NCBI GenBank assembly: GCA_938085445.1
Contig: CALKGR010000004.1
Location: forward strand, 1 to 64,000
Direction of reading: 5' to 3'
Length of the DNA: 64,000 nucleotides
Source of the DNA: an uncultured Rubripirellula sp.
GTDB lineage: Bacteria > Planctomycetota > Planctomycetia > Pirellulales > Pirellulaceae
In this document: positions 32,327 through 41,844 of the stretch, piece by piece
Numbering within the stretch: the stretch's first letter is position 1
Layout: each line of letters begins with the position of its first letter
Position numbers and translations under genes: made by a program
Notes under the pieces: model-generated
Database searches by the model: none
What the model was told of the DNA's origin: nothing
What the model saw: only the letters and a program-made list of their open reading frames with translations

Positions 32327-33756
32327 AACGCCTCCTGCTCCAAGTCACTCGAGGTGCGAACACCAACTCGCAAACGAGGAATCGCGCAAGCTGCCAACAG
32401 TGCGATTGCAGGAACCGCCGGTGCCCGCATCCGGATGTTACTCCAATAGACGGCATGCACAGCACTCAGCGTCACAAAGAGTGTTAGCACTGGCAACCAC
32501 TTTGACGTCCAAAAAGCCCTACCCAACTTAAAACAGCCGATGAACATCGCAACATAAAGTCCACAACTGTAAAATCCAACCATCGTCACGAGCCACGACT
32601 TACGCCCATCCAACGCTTGTGGAAAGGGACTCCAAAGTCGGCAAATTCGCACACCAGTCGCCCAAACAAACATCGACGGCTGCCGACCAATTACTGCTTT
32701 GGCTGCTTCATAAGCAAGCAGATCATCGGAATGCTCAGTGACAACCTCAACCACCGCCGGGTCCTGTATTTCACGTGGTCCCTTCCAGCTTTTCTGCCAA
32801 AATTCCTCAGTCGTTGGATCTCCATCATAACGATGAGAGTAAGCAATCTGAAACGACTCAGAATCCCATTTCCCATCCGCAGAACCAGACCGCAAATAGT
32901 CGTAGAACGAAGGATTATTACCTAGCAAGAGCGTATAGCCTCCATGCGTGGTGGCCCACACTGGGTGCCCCACCGACCGAAGGTTACGCACTGTCCAGAC
33001 AGCGACCACTGCAACAAGAACCCCCACCACAATGAGACTCGGTATGGCGGCAGTGATCACACGCTTCTTCCAAGTCATTTTAGTGATCTGGGCCAAACCG
33101 AAGATTTCAAGAACGACCGAAGTCGAGATCAGCAAAAACGCCCAGGCAATGAAAGTGGGACGAATAAGAAACGCAATACTCAAAAGTCCCCCAAGCACGA
33201 TGGCAAACACGATTTCATGGGTTCGCCCGCGGTAAGTTGCCCACCACCACAGAACAATGCAAACCAGCGTCGTGGCAAATGTTTCGGTCATCACTACAGA
33301 CGATTGCTTGAGCAACAACGGGTCCATCAGAACCAATGTGGCAGCCAAGCCTGGTCCCCAAAGCCCAGATTTTTTTGGAAGCATGGACAGACCTGCCAAA
33401 TAGGTGAACAATACCGTGAGAACTCCCAACACGGTATGAAGTGACGCAATGGCTGCGTTGGGAAGACGCTGGTCGACCAGTAATAATGAAAGGGCAAGCG
33501 GATAGAGAGGTGGCCGAAAAGCTGTCGCGACAGTTTCTCCGCTTACCGCGGTCAAGCCAAAGGTGCCGGTCACGCCTACCGTTTCGGCAATTGCACGGTA
33601 CGCATCAGGGTCCGCTGAAAACTGACCCAAACTGTACCAGCAAACAGTTCCACGTACGCATATCGCACTGACGACCAGCAACAAGCCTACTCGCACCACA
33701 TTGGACTGCAGCCTTCCCACGGATTTCTCGTCGCATTCATTCGCTTCCGCAGTCAC
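32317..33756 (-). CDS. GT-C fold glycosyltransferase (ArnT/PMT, family 39-like)
   Basis: DPDAY, FRPPLYP, MTETF, LIRPT, many TM helices, RMRAP. Confidence 0.82.
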   Translation of the reverse strand: MTAEANECDEKSVGRLQSNVVRVGLLLVVSAICVRGTVCWYSLGQFSADPDAYRAIAETVGVTGTFGLTAVSGETVATAFRPPLYPLALSLLLVDQRLPNAAIASLHTVLGVLTVLFTYLAGLSMLPKKSGLWGPGLAATLVLMDPLLLKQSSVVMTETFATTLVCIVLWWWATYRGRTHEIVFAIVLGGLLSIAFLIRPTFIAWAFLLISTSVVLEIFGLAQITKMTWKKRVITAAIPSLIVVGVLVAVVAVWTVRNLRSVGHPVWATTHGGYTLLLGNNPSFYDYLRSGSADGKWDSESFQIAYSHRYDGDPTTEEFWQKSWKGPREIQDPAVVEVVTEHSDDLLAYEAAKAVIGRQPSMFVWATGVRICRLWSPFPQALDGRKSWLVTMVGFYSCGLYVAMFIGCFKLGRAFWTSKWLPVLTLFVTLSAVHAVYWSNIRMRAPAVPAIALLAACAIPRLRVGVRTSSDLEQEALCG

Positions 33757-33773
33757 AACAAAACCTTTTCAAA

Positions 33774-36254
33774 TTGACTTCCCAGCAACCTCACCATCAG
33801 CGACCAACGCAACATGGGAGCGAATCGACCAGATCTGCTTGGCCTCGGTCGTTCGCGTCGAAACTGATCACCGCACGCTGGGCCCTTCTTGCGATTGGGC
33901 TAGTTCTCTTTGGCTTGGCATATCCGGCAGCAAAGCAAATCCGTTTTGAGCGTTCCATCGCAGCAATGTTTCCTGCCGATGATCCTGCTTACCTTGCCTA
34001 TCGCGAACTTCAGGAGGAATTCGGCGGCAATGCCGTGGTCATGCTCGTGTATCAGGATAGCGAATTAACCGCTGATGCGGGAATCGAACGCAACCGGATC
34101 ATGACAGAAAAGGTAGCCGCGATCCCCGGCGTCAAAGGTGTTCTCTCACCATCAGTGCTGAACGCCGCAATCTCAAAACTGCAACCTTTATCGATCCTCA
34201 ACGGCGCCCCAACGCTATTTCAGCAGGGCAACCAAATAGCAGAGGGACTTGACGAGCTTTTTGCTGGTTATACGCACTCAGGAGACCATTCCCACGCGGC
34301 CGTGGTGGCCATTCTGACCCCCGGCTATCCGCCACAAACGATCGAACAGTTGAAGAAATTCACGAAGAACGTTCAGAAAGCAATGCAGGTTCCTGCCACT
34401 GAAAGACCAGATTCAGCCATACCGATCATCAACGAGGCGGTTTTGGTAGGCGAGCCTGTCCTGGTCCACGATGGCTTTGAACTCATCCAAAAAGACGGCA
34501 AACAACTCGCAGCCACCACAGTCATTCTGCTGTCGCTTGTCGTCTTCCTCTCTCTGTTTGACCTGCGGTTTGTAGCTCTATCCATGCTTTTGATACTGTG
34601 GTCAACCGTTCTCACACAAGCGTGCATGGTCTGGATTGGCAGCAGTCTTTCGCTGGTTTCTACGATCCTGACAGCAATCATCACTGTCATTTCAGTCACC
34701 GCTGTACTTCATTTAGGTGTCCGTTTTCGCAATGCACAGAATCGCGGGCATGATCAAAGAAGTGCGACGACCGAGGCAATTGCATTGTTGGTCATGCCAA
34801 TTTTGTGGACCTGTATGACAGACGCCGCAGGATTTGCTGCACTCTCGGTCTCGCAGATTTTACCCATCCGTGAGTTTGGCATCATGATCGCGATTTCTGC
34901 CATCGCGGTATGCCTGGCAATCATGCTTTTTTCCCCCGCATTAATGATGCTGCCAAATTTTCGCTTCCATGATCGACTGGACCAACAACAGAAGCGTTTT
35001 TCCCGTGCTTTGCGCAGGCGGTGCATCCGACTTGCAGATTCCGCGATACGGGCACCCCGAAAATGCCTTGCCGTCGCCGTTTTGATGGCCGTGATTGCAG
35101 TCATCGGCATGGGAAGGGCTGAAACGGAAACCAGTTTCCTCAACAACTTTGACTCCGAAAGTAGTGTTGTCTCAGCTTATCAGGAAGTGGAAACGGAATT
35201 TGGTGGCGCCGGCGTCTGGGACATCATTTTGGATTCACCGGCAGAGCTAAATAAATCTTATCTGGAACAAGTCCGCTTGCTGGAACGAGACTTACGAGCC
35301 ATCAACATTGATGGCGAGGGACTCACAAAAGTTCTAAGCCTTGCTGACGCAGACCAAGTGGCAAGCCGATCAGCATTCTCAGCCTTGCTATCTCCCTCGT
35401 CACGACTCTCCGCGATGTCGGTAGTGATGCCCGTTTTCTACGATGCGTTATTGAGTCAGCCTAAGGGCGACCAACGCAAACTCCGCATCATGCTGCGAAG
35501 TCGGGAACAACTCGACGCAAAGACGAAAAAGGAGATGATCAAGGCAGTTGAACGAGTGGTGCAACAACACGTGAGCAGCCAAGCGTGGCACGAAGTTACA
35601 AGCATGGCCGTAAACCCGACCACCGCCAAAGTGCCGCGGCAAACTGCTGAGAACGTCCCTCGCGATCCCGCGTCCGACAAGACCGCCCAAGTCACCGGTT
35701 ACTACGTCATCATGGCGGATTTGATCAATCAACTGGTGCAAGATCAATGGAGATGCTTCGCGACCTCCAGCACTCTGATTCTATTGCTGCTATGGCTGGC
35801 AACCGGCAATGTACGTCTTGCGTTTGTCGCGTTAGTCCCCAACATTCTGCCAGTTTTCCTGGTGCTCTCACTCGTCGGCTTCACGGGCGGCAAAATCAAC
35901 ATGGGTGCTGCAATGATCGCAGCCGTTTCAGTTGGCTTATCCATCGATGGTTCAGTTCACTTCCTTGCCGGTTTTCAACGAACGCGGCGTCGTTACCATA
36001 CAGCACAAGCGTCATCACGACATGCAGCCGGCAGAACGGGTGTTCCGATCCTGTTTGCGACAGTAGCGTTGATGGTTGGCTTTGGTGTCATGTCCACAAG
36101 TGACTTTGTACCTACCGCAACGTTTGGAGCACTCGTTGCATCAACACTGGCCATCGGAACTGTTGTTAACCTGACATTGCTGCCCGCTTTTGTTGTCTGG
36201 ACATCACCTAAGCAATCAGTATCAATATCCGCGGCCAGAGCCGCTGGCATTTGA
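33774..36254 (+). CDS. MMPL/RND family transporter
   Basis: two repeats of 1+5 TM helices, TCMTDAAGF, GLSIDGSVH; start uncertain. Confidence 0.88.
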   Translation: MTSQQPHHQRPTQHGSESTRSAWPRSFASKLITARWALLAIGLVLFGLAYPAAKQIRFERSIAAMFPADDPAYLAYRELQEEFGGNAVVMLVYQDSELTADAGIERNRIMTEKVAAIPGVKGVLSPSVLNAAISKLQPLSILNGAPTLFQQGNQIAEGLDELFAGYTHSGDHSHAAVVAILTPGYPPQTIEQLKKFTKNVQKAMQVPATERPDSAIPIINEAVLVGEPVLVHDGFELIQKDGKQLAATTVILLSLVVFLSLFDLRFVALSMLLILWSTVLTQACMVWIGSSLSLVSTILTAIITVISVTAVLHLGVRFRNAQNRGHDQRSATTEAIALLVMPILWTCMTDAAGFAALSVSQILPIREFGIMIAISAIAVCLAIMLFSPALMMLPNFRFHDRLDQQQKRFSRALRRRCIRLADSAIRAPRKCLAVAVLMAVIAVIGMGRAETETSFLNNFDSESSVVSAYQEVETEFGGAGVWDIILDSPAELNKSYLEQVRLLERDLRAINIDGEGLTKVLSLADADQVASRSAFSALLSPSSRLSAMSVVMPVFYDALLSQPKGDQRKLRIMLRSREQLDAKTKKEMIKAVERVVQQHVSSQAWHEVTSMAVNPTTAKVPRQTAENVPRDPASDKTAQVTGYYVIMADLINQLVQDQWRCFATSSTLILLLLWLATGNVRLAFVALVPNILPVFLVLSLVGFTGGKINMGAAMIAAVSVGLSIDGSVHFLAGFQRTRRRYHTAQASSRHAAGRTGVPILFATVALMVGFGVMSTSDFVPTATFGALVASTLAIGTVVNLTLLPAFVVWTSPKQSVSISAARAAGI

Positions 36255-36276
36255 TGGGCAACGTGATTACGCGGGC

Positions 36277-37944
36277 TTAAACATCCGTGATACTTGCCCA
36301 ACCAACAGCCTGAACATGACTACATTTCCCGCATTTGATACGACGCCCAAGAGAACCAGGCTGAATTCGGACTTTCGAACCGCAACTGTCACACTCAAAC
36401 CTGAGAACATGGTCAGCTGACACCAAGCGATCCAATTTCTCCTTGTCCAACTCAGGAAAAGCGATATCGATCGCCAACAAGGTAGTCAACAACGCCTCCG
36501 TTAACTGGTCTGCATCCGCAATCCTGTCGGCCAAGCACCGCACACTCTCCTCGAAAACATTGCGTACCAGGCGTCCATTACCAAAATGCCGGTCTCGCTC
36601 GTGATACAAGTGATGGAACCCTACGAGCAGACGGTATCTCGCATCACTTGGGATCGCATACTCATTCTGCACGCACAAGTGCTCAAAGATCTGGCCTAAC
36701 TGCAGCGGTGTGTAGTCGTCGAAATCAATGGTTGTATTGACACGTGAAGAAAGCCCAGGATTAGATCGGATCAATTGCTTCATTTCATCGCTGTAACCTG
36801 CCAGTATGACGGCAACCGACTCACGATCATCTTCCATCCGCTTTAACAGACATTGAACAGCCTCACGACCGTATGCGTCTTCTCCAGAGGCATCGACAAG
36901 GCTGTATGCCTCGTCAATGAACAGAATTCCATTCATCGCGGAATCACACAGTTCATTCGTCTTGGGGGCAGTTTGCCCGGCATACTCGGCAACCAATCCA
37001 CTGCGATCTGTTTCAACCACATGCCCGCTAGTCAAAGTCCCTAGCGCACCGAGAATTTGCCCCACGATACGCGCGACAGTTGTTTTACCTGTTCCCGGAT
37101 TGCCCACAAACGACATATGCAGGCTGATGGGCATGGTGCTCAGGCCCGCAGCACGCCGCTGCCCCTGCAACCGCAGAAAGTTGGTGTAACTTTTGACCCG
37201 TTCTTTGACCGTATCCAACCCAATCAATTCATCAAGCTCTTTCATCGCAACGCTGAGTCGTTGCTCTCGCTCGGCCTCAGGCAGCGGCTCTGGTATCTCC
37301 GCTGTTTTTTTCTTTTCCTGTTGCGTTTGATGCTGCTTGGCTGTGCCACGGTGCTTCTCTGAGCCACGACTCTCTTTTGCTTCTTTAGCAGGCGGCGAAA
37401 GCGGAGCAAGCACAGTCTGCGGATCTGCAGGGTACAGCGCCATGTCGATCTCGCGTTGCAAGGTATGCAGTGCAATCGACTCTTCGTCTAGCAATTCACC
37501 ATCACATTTTGCAACGAGGTTTGCAAGACGCATGACAATCGTTTCTACGTGGGACTTACTGTCCGCCAGCGGCTCGTAACGCACAAACGGGGCAACGAGC
37601 GCCTCCCACTTCAACAAGTCAGCCTGCTGAAACAGCTCCGTAGCCGCTTCGCGAAGCTCATTCCCTCGTAATTCCTGATCCCACAGATGTTCGATCATGG
37701 CCGAAGCCACTTTCTTCTCTGGGGCACTCCACCGATTATCGGCACGCACCACCGTCACATAAACCTTGATCAACAACCCACGATGCAAGTCGTCCATCAA
37801 CTCAACAAAGTTCTCACCATCTCCCTCAATCAAGGTCGGAAAACGTCGTACCATCCACGTTCCGCACTGCTTGTACAGTTTTCCGCAATCGCGCACCACA
37901 CGGCGAAGCATGCCAATCAAACGTGTATCGTCAAGTTCGTTCAT
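36277..37944 (-). CDS. CbbX/SpoVK-type AAA+ ATPase with N-terminal TerB-like domain and C-terminal Zn ribbon
   Basis: LDELIGL, GNPGTGKT, LFIDEAY, VILAGY, NPGLSSR, FGNGR; RADNRWSAPE and KCDGELLDEE; CDSC...CGKC. Confidence 0.85.
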   Translation of the reverse strand: MNELDDTRLIGMLRRVVRDCGKLYKQCGTWMVRRFPTLIEGDGENFVELMDDLHRGLLIKVYVTVVRADNRWSAPEKKVASAMIEHLWDQELRGNELREAATELFQQADLLKWEALVAPFVRYEPLADSKSHVETIVMRLANLVAKCDGELLDEESIALHTLQREIDMALYPADPQTVLAPLSPPAKEAKESRGSEKHRGTAKQHQTQQEKKKTAEIPEPLPEAEREQRLSVAMKELDELIGLDTVKERVKSYTNFLRLQGQRRAAGLSTMPISLHMSFVGNPGTGKTTVARIVGQILGALGTLTSGHVVETDRSGLVAEYAGQTAPKTNELCDSAMNGILFIDEAYSLVDASGEDAYGREAVQCLLKRMEDDRESVAVILAGYSDEMKQLIRSNPGLSSRVNTTIDFDDYTPLQLGQIFEHLCVQNEYAIPSDARYRLLVGFHHLYHERDRHFGNGRLVRNVFEESVRCLADRIADADQLTEALLTTLLAIDIAFPELDKEKLDRLVSADHVLRFECDSCGSKVRIQPGSLGRRIKCGKCSHVQAVGWASITDV

Positions 37945-38549
37945 ACTTCCACGAAAAACAAATGTCGTAAGCCTGAGAGGCGTTAGTCTAACTGGAAACG
38001 CTCCTCCCTGACGAGATGTCACCGTGGGTGCCCCCCAAAAAACACGACAGTTAAGGTGACAAAACGACAATGACCGACAAACAGGATCAATCGCAATCGT
38101 AAGAAAAGACGTTTCCAGTCCGACGCATCATGTATGCTCAGAACCCGGCAGGTGGTTGTGTCTAATGAAGGCATGCCCTAGCTGATGAACAAAGCAGCGG
38201 CTAAACAAAGCATCCTGCCTTACTCAACAAAAAAGCGATGCCGACATGCTGCACTGAGGCTGCAGACAACACGTGGCACTCCCGCATTGATGGTCCAGGA
38301 CACAGCGGGTGGCGGGGGGCGACTCCTGCTCATTCGAAATGACTCCCGTGCGAACCGCGACATCAGGTCAGGATCCATATGACCTCAAACGCTCGCGGGC
38401 ATGAGCCGTTCTTGAATGTAATCACAGGTAGTCGCCACGCCCCAAAAGCCCCGCCAACAAATCAAAACCGATCAAAACGCCCACTGAAGATGAAATCCCC
38501 TGCTTTTCTGCATCACCATCGGTGACGCAGGTACATGCAGTGACCGCCA

Positions 38550-39338
38550 TCACGCGGGTACATCTGTCTGATCAGAAACCAGCATCAGAATCTCCGAGGG
38601 CACCTGCCCCATATCAAGCCTCGCTTTTGACGCAGCATGTTCCCTGTCGTCTGCAACCTGCTCAACTCCCTGTCGAAGCACCGTTGACCGTTGTTGCAAT
38701 TCTTGCAGGGCATCCAGCACGCCAAAGGCACCAACCTGGGCGGTCACATCACAAAAAGCATCAGCAGAAAAAGCCTTTAAAATTTTGGCCCGCTCTGTCT
38801 CTACGGTTCGTTGCGACACAGCTAAACGCGTTGCGATCGTCTTATTCGGCATGCCGGTAGCTGCCAATTCCAATACATGTGCTTGGCGTTGAGTCAGACT
38901 CTGTAATGTCTTTTGTACTCTTTCATGTTTCTGCATCAGGCTCCGCACAACTCGATGCCGACGAATTGCATACTTCAGATACTCCTCGAGCACGTTCATC
39001 GCGACGGGTCTCTGCAGCACCGCCAATGCACCGAGTTGAAAGCCAAAGGCAGTCTGTGCATCTTCATGTTCATCAGCAATCAAGATAATGGGAACATCCG
39101 TGGTCTTCTGCAGCAGTTTCTGCCGCCATTGCTCAAACTCATCTCTGCCTGATCGCACGTCATAAACCAGACAAGAGGGAGCAACGTTGGGAGCCGTTAT
39201 CAGCAACTCATCGACAGAGGTTGAAAAGCGAACTTCAACCCCCAGTCGTTCCGCAATGCGCTGATAGGCTGAGTGAGATCCGGCATCTCGATCGACGATG
39301 TAGATCACGGCCGGCCTGGTATCGAAATGTATGGACAT
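38550..39338 (-). CDS. FixJ/LuxR family response regulator (atypical receiver)
   Basis: IYIVDRD, CLVYD, GALAVLQRP; LuxR HTH LTQRQAHVL...NKTIA..L.VSQRTVE. Confidence 0.85.
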   Translation of the reverse strand: MSIHFDTRPAVIYIVDRDAGSHSAYQRIAERLGVEVRFSTSVDELLITAPNVAPSCLVYDVRSGRDEFEQWRQKLLQKTTDVPIILIADEHEDAQTAFGFQLGALAVLQRPVAMNVLEEYLKYAIRRHRVVRSLMQKHERVQKTLQSLTQRQAHVLELAATGMPNKTIATRLAVSQRTVETERAKILKAFSADAFCDVTAQVGAFGVLDALQELQQRSTVLRQGVEQVADDREHAASKARLDMGQVPSEILMLVSDQTDVPA

Positions 39339-39596
39339 GATTCCTGCCAATTTTGCGAGTAATAAGTCAATCTGCTCACTCATAAACACGCAAATCATGG
39401 TGGAACTCCGCAGACATTTTTCTGATTCTTTCGCCTGAGTCCGGATTCCCCGCTGCATTACATAAAAACAAGTAGTGGAACCGCCGCAGCAGGTCGAAAA
39501 GAATCAAGCTTTCGCCCAACCAAGCAATACACTCGCGTATCGCACCCTAAAAAAAGCAACACAGTAGTTATCACCAACAAGGAGACGCATCCTTCA

Positions 39597-40065
39597 TTAG
39601 GTGGCTCTCGCCGTCAAAGTCTCGTCAGCCCCGACGGGTACAGCATCCTTTTCATCCATACAAACGCGGTTTCCTTGCTTTTTTGCTGTTAACGATGCTT
39701 CGACAGCGTGCCGCAGAAATGCACCCAACACTCAGGCCTCGCACCCAGCACTGAGGCCTCGCACAGTGCACTGAAACCAATCTTGACGATCGCCTGAATC
39801 CCATACGTGCCCAAGTAAATCGCCAATTCTCAAAACAAGGCTCGATTTCATGCATGCATTCAACTGCCCTACCGAGAGCCCCCTACAAGATCACAGCAAA
39901 CTCTCCGCGACAAAAACGAGCTACCGCACACGCATCTTCCAGTCGCGAGCCGATCATTTCAGAAACTTGCGGTAAGGTGTTATCACGGCCTTGCTGATCA
40001 TCGTCATCGCTGAACGCCCTCATGTGATTAGACGCAATTCTTGAATCCAAACCGCTCAGATCCAC
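39597..40065 (-). pseudogene. degenerate GGDEF (diguanylate cyclase) relic
   Basis: VARFCRGEFAVIL*, FTW, IVKIGFS and FLRHAVEASLTAKKQGNRV spread over three frames; in-frame TAG at 39883-39885. Confidence 0.72.
39721..39774. repeat. 20-bp imperfect tandem repeat, about 2.7 copies
   Basis: gcacccaacactcaggcctc gcacccagcactgaggcctc gcacagtgcactga. Confidence 0.85.
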
Positions 40066-40133
40066 ACGATTCCAATTCTCTTCGGCCCTGCACTACATCA
40101 ATTTTCATCTCGTTTGAACGACATGCTCAACAC

Positions 40134-41405
40134 CTACGAGTTCCGCGCCCCCTTCCCTACCACTTCACTTGACAACCGTGTTAGGTCCTCGCCCCGTGCA
40201 ATCACGACCAAACCACTTTCAGTGACGGTAAAACCTCGCTTACGATCTGCTACAGGGTCAAAACCGATCTCGATTTCCGCCGGAATGCGGACTCCTTTAT
40301 CAATGATCACCCTTCGCAAGCGGCATCTTCTCCCCACCTCAACACCCTCAAACAGAATACTGTCTTCAACCGAAGCATAGCTATTGATCCTGACATTCGG
40401 CCCCAGAACACTTCTGGCAACACTGCCTCCACTGACGATGGCCCCTTGGCAAACAATCGAGTCGAGTGCTTCACCCCGACGATGGTTTGATTTCCCCTCG
40501 CTACCAAACACAAACTTTGGTGGTGGAAGCATTGGCTGAAAGGCTCGCACGGGCCACTGTTGGTCATACAGATTCAACAGGGGATCAACCCGAATCAGGT
40601 CCATGGTCGCTTCATAATAGGCATCGATCGTCCCCACATCTCTCCAGTACGCATCTACTTTCCGATTTTCATCGAGGAACGGAAAAGCACAAACCAGATG
40701 GTCTTTGATGGCACCAGGAATGATATTTTTTCCAAAATCGTGCTCGCTGTCATCACGCGTCGCATCGTCACATAGTTGTTCGTAGAGAAATTTGGCATTG
40801 AAAACGTAGATGCCCATCGACGCAAGGCAAACCTCCGGATCTTCTGTTAGCCCTACCGGATCATCCGGTTTTTCCTGAAACCCGGTCACGCGATGAGTTC
40901 CATCAGTTTGCATGACTCCAAACTGACGTGCTTCTGAACGACTGACGCGCAGTGTTCCAATCGTAATATCAGCATCCATCTTGCGATGAAAGTCGACCAT
41001 CGGTCCATAGTTCATTTTGTAGATGTGGTCACCAGCGAGCACGACGACATCTTTGGGCTGCTCTCGCTCGATGGCATAGATATTTTGGTAAACCGCGTCA
41101 GCCGTCCCCTGATACCAATTATCAGTGAAACGCTGCTGGGGTGGAACAACGTCAATGAACTCGCCCAACTCGCGACAAAAATATCCCCGCCAAGCAAGGT
41201 TGAGGTGTCGGTCAAGAGACTGAGCTTTGTATTGCGTCAAAACCAACAGACGCCTCATGCCGCTATTGAGACAATTACTCAAAACAAAGTCAACGATACG
41301 GTACAGACCTCCAAACGGAACCGCTGGTTTCGCGCGATCACGCGTCAAAGGCTCCAATCTTGAACCTCTTCCACCTGCCAAAATCACCGTCAATGTGTCT
41401 CGCAT
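40134..41405 (-). CDS. glgC: glucose-1-phosphate adenylyltransferase
   Basis: LAGGRGSRL.PLT..RAKPAVPFGG, WYQGTADAV, GDHIYKM, FQEKP, SMGIY, DFGKNIIP, YWRDVGT; GGAG RBS. Confidence 0.97.
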   Translation of the reverse strand: MRDTLTVILAGGRGSRLEPLTRDRAKPAVPFGGLYRIVDFVLSNCLNSGMRRLLVLTQYKAQSLDRHLNLAWRGYFCRELGEFIDVVPPQQRFTDNWYQGTADAVYQNIYAIEREQPKDVVVLAGDHIYKMNYGPMVDFHRKMDADITIGTLRVSRSEARQFGVMQTDGTHRVTGFQEKPDDPVGLTEDPEVCLASMGIYVFNAKFLYEQLCDDATRDDSEHDFGKNIIPGAIKDHLVCAFPFLDENRKVDAYWRDVGTIDAYYEATMDLIRVDPLLNLYDQQWPVRAFQPMLPPPKFVFGSEGKSNHRRGEALDSIVCQGAIVSGGSVARSVLGPNVRINSYASVEDSILFEGVEVGRRCRLRRVIIDKGVRIPAEIEIGFDPVADRKRGFTVTESGLVVIARGEDLTRLSSEVVGKGARNS

Positions 41406-41844
41406 GCTTTGGTTCTCCCTGCCCCAACCTTGATGCCAAGCGCGCAAAGCTGTCATCACCTTCGAACATCAAAATACGATCTGCTCAAACACCGTTCCAA
41501 GCCTAACAGATGCCGGGTCTACGTGCGTGAGTAAACAAGCGATTGAACAAAGGAGCCTTTCTGCCAGGCGTGTAAAAATGGGTAAAAGACCAAGTGACTG
41601 CTTCAGAGCTCAGCCCCCACAAATAGTCTCCCCCCCGTATACCAGTAGATTTCAGCTTTGACATTGGAAAGCGCCATACAAGCGACTAGCCAGATTTGTA
41701 ATAATGCTGCGGCATAGCGGTGGTCCAACGCGTCCATCGCAGCGAGGGTAGAAGAACCACTGTGCCCATCGCAGTGACTGACCTTTTTGCCAGCACCAAC
41801 CTGAATACGAGAAGCAACCTGAGAGCTATTACGGAGTTACCGGC

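Noticed and set aside
41484..41501. sigma54-like site upstream of glgC (TGGAAC-N5-TTGA, minus strand)
   Set aside because: It lacks the conserved -12 GC; too weak to call.
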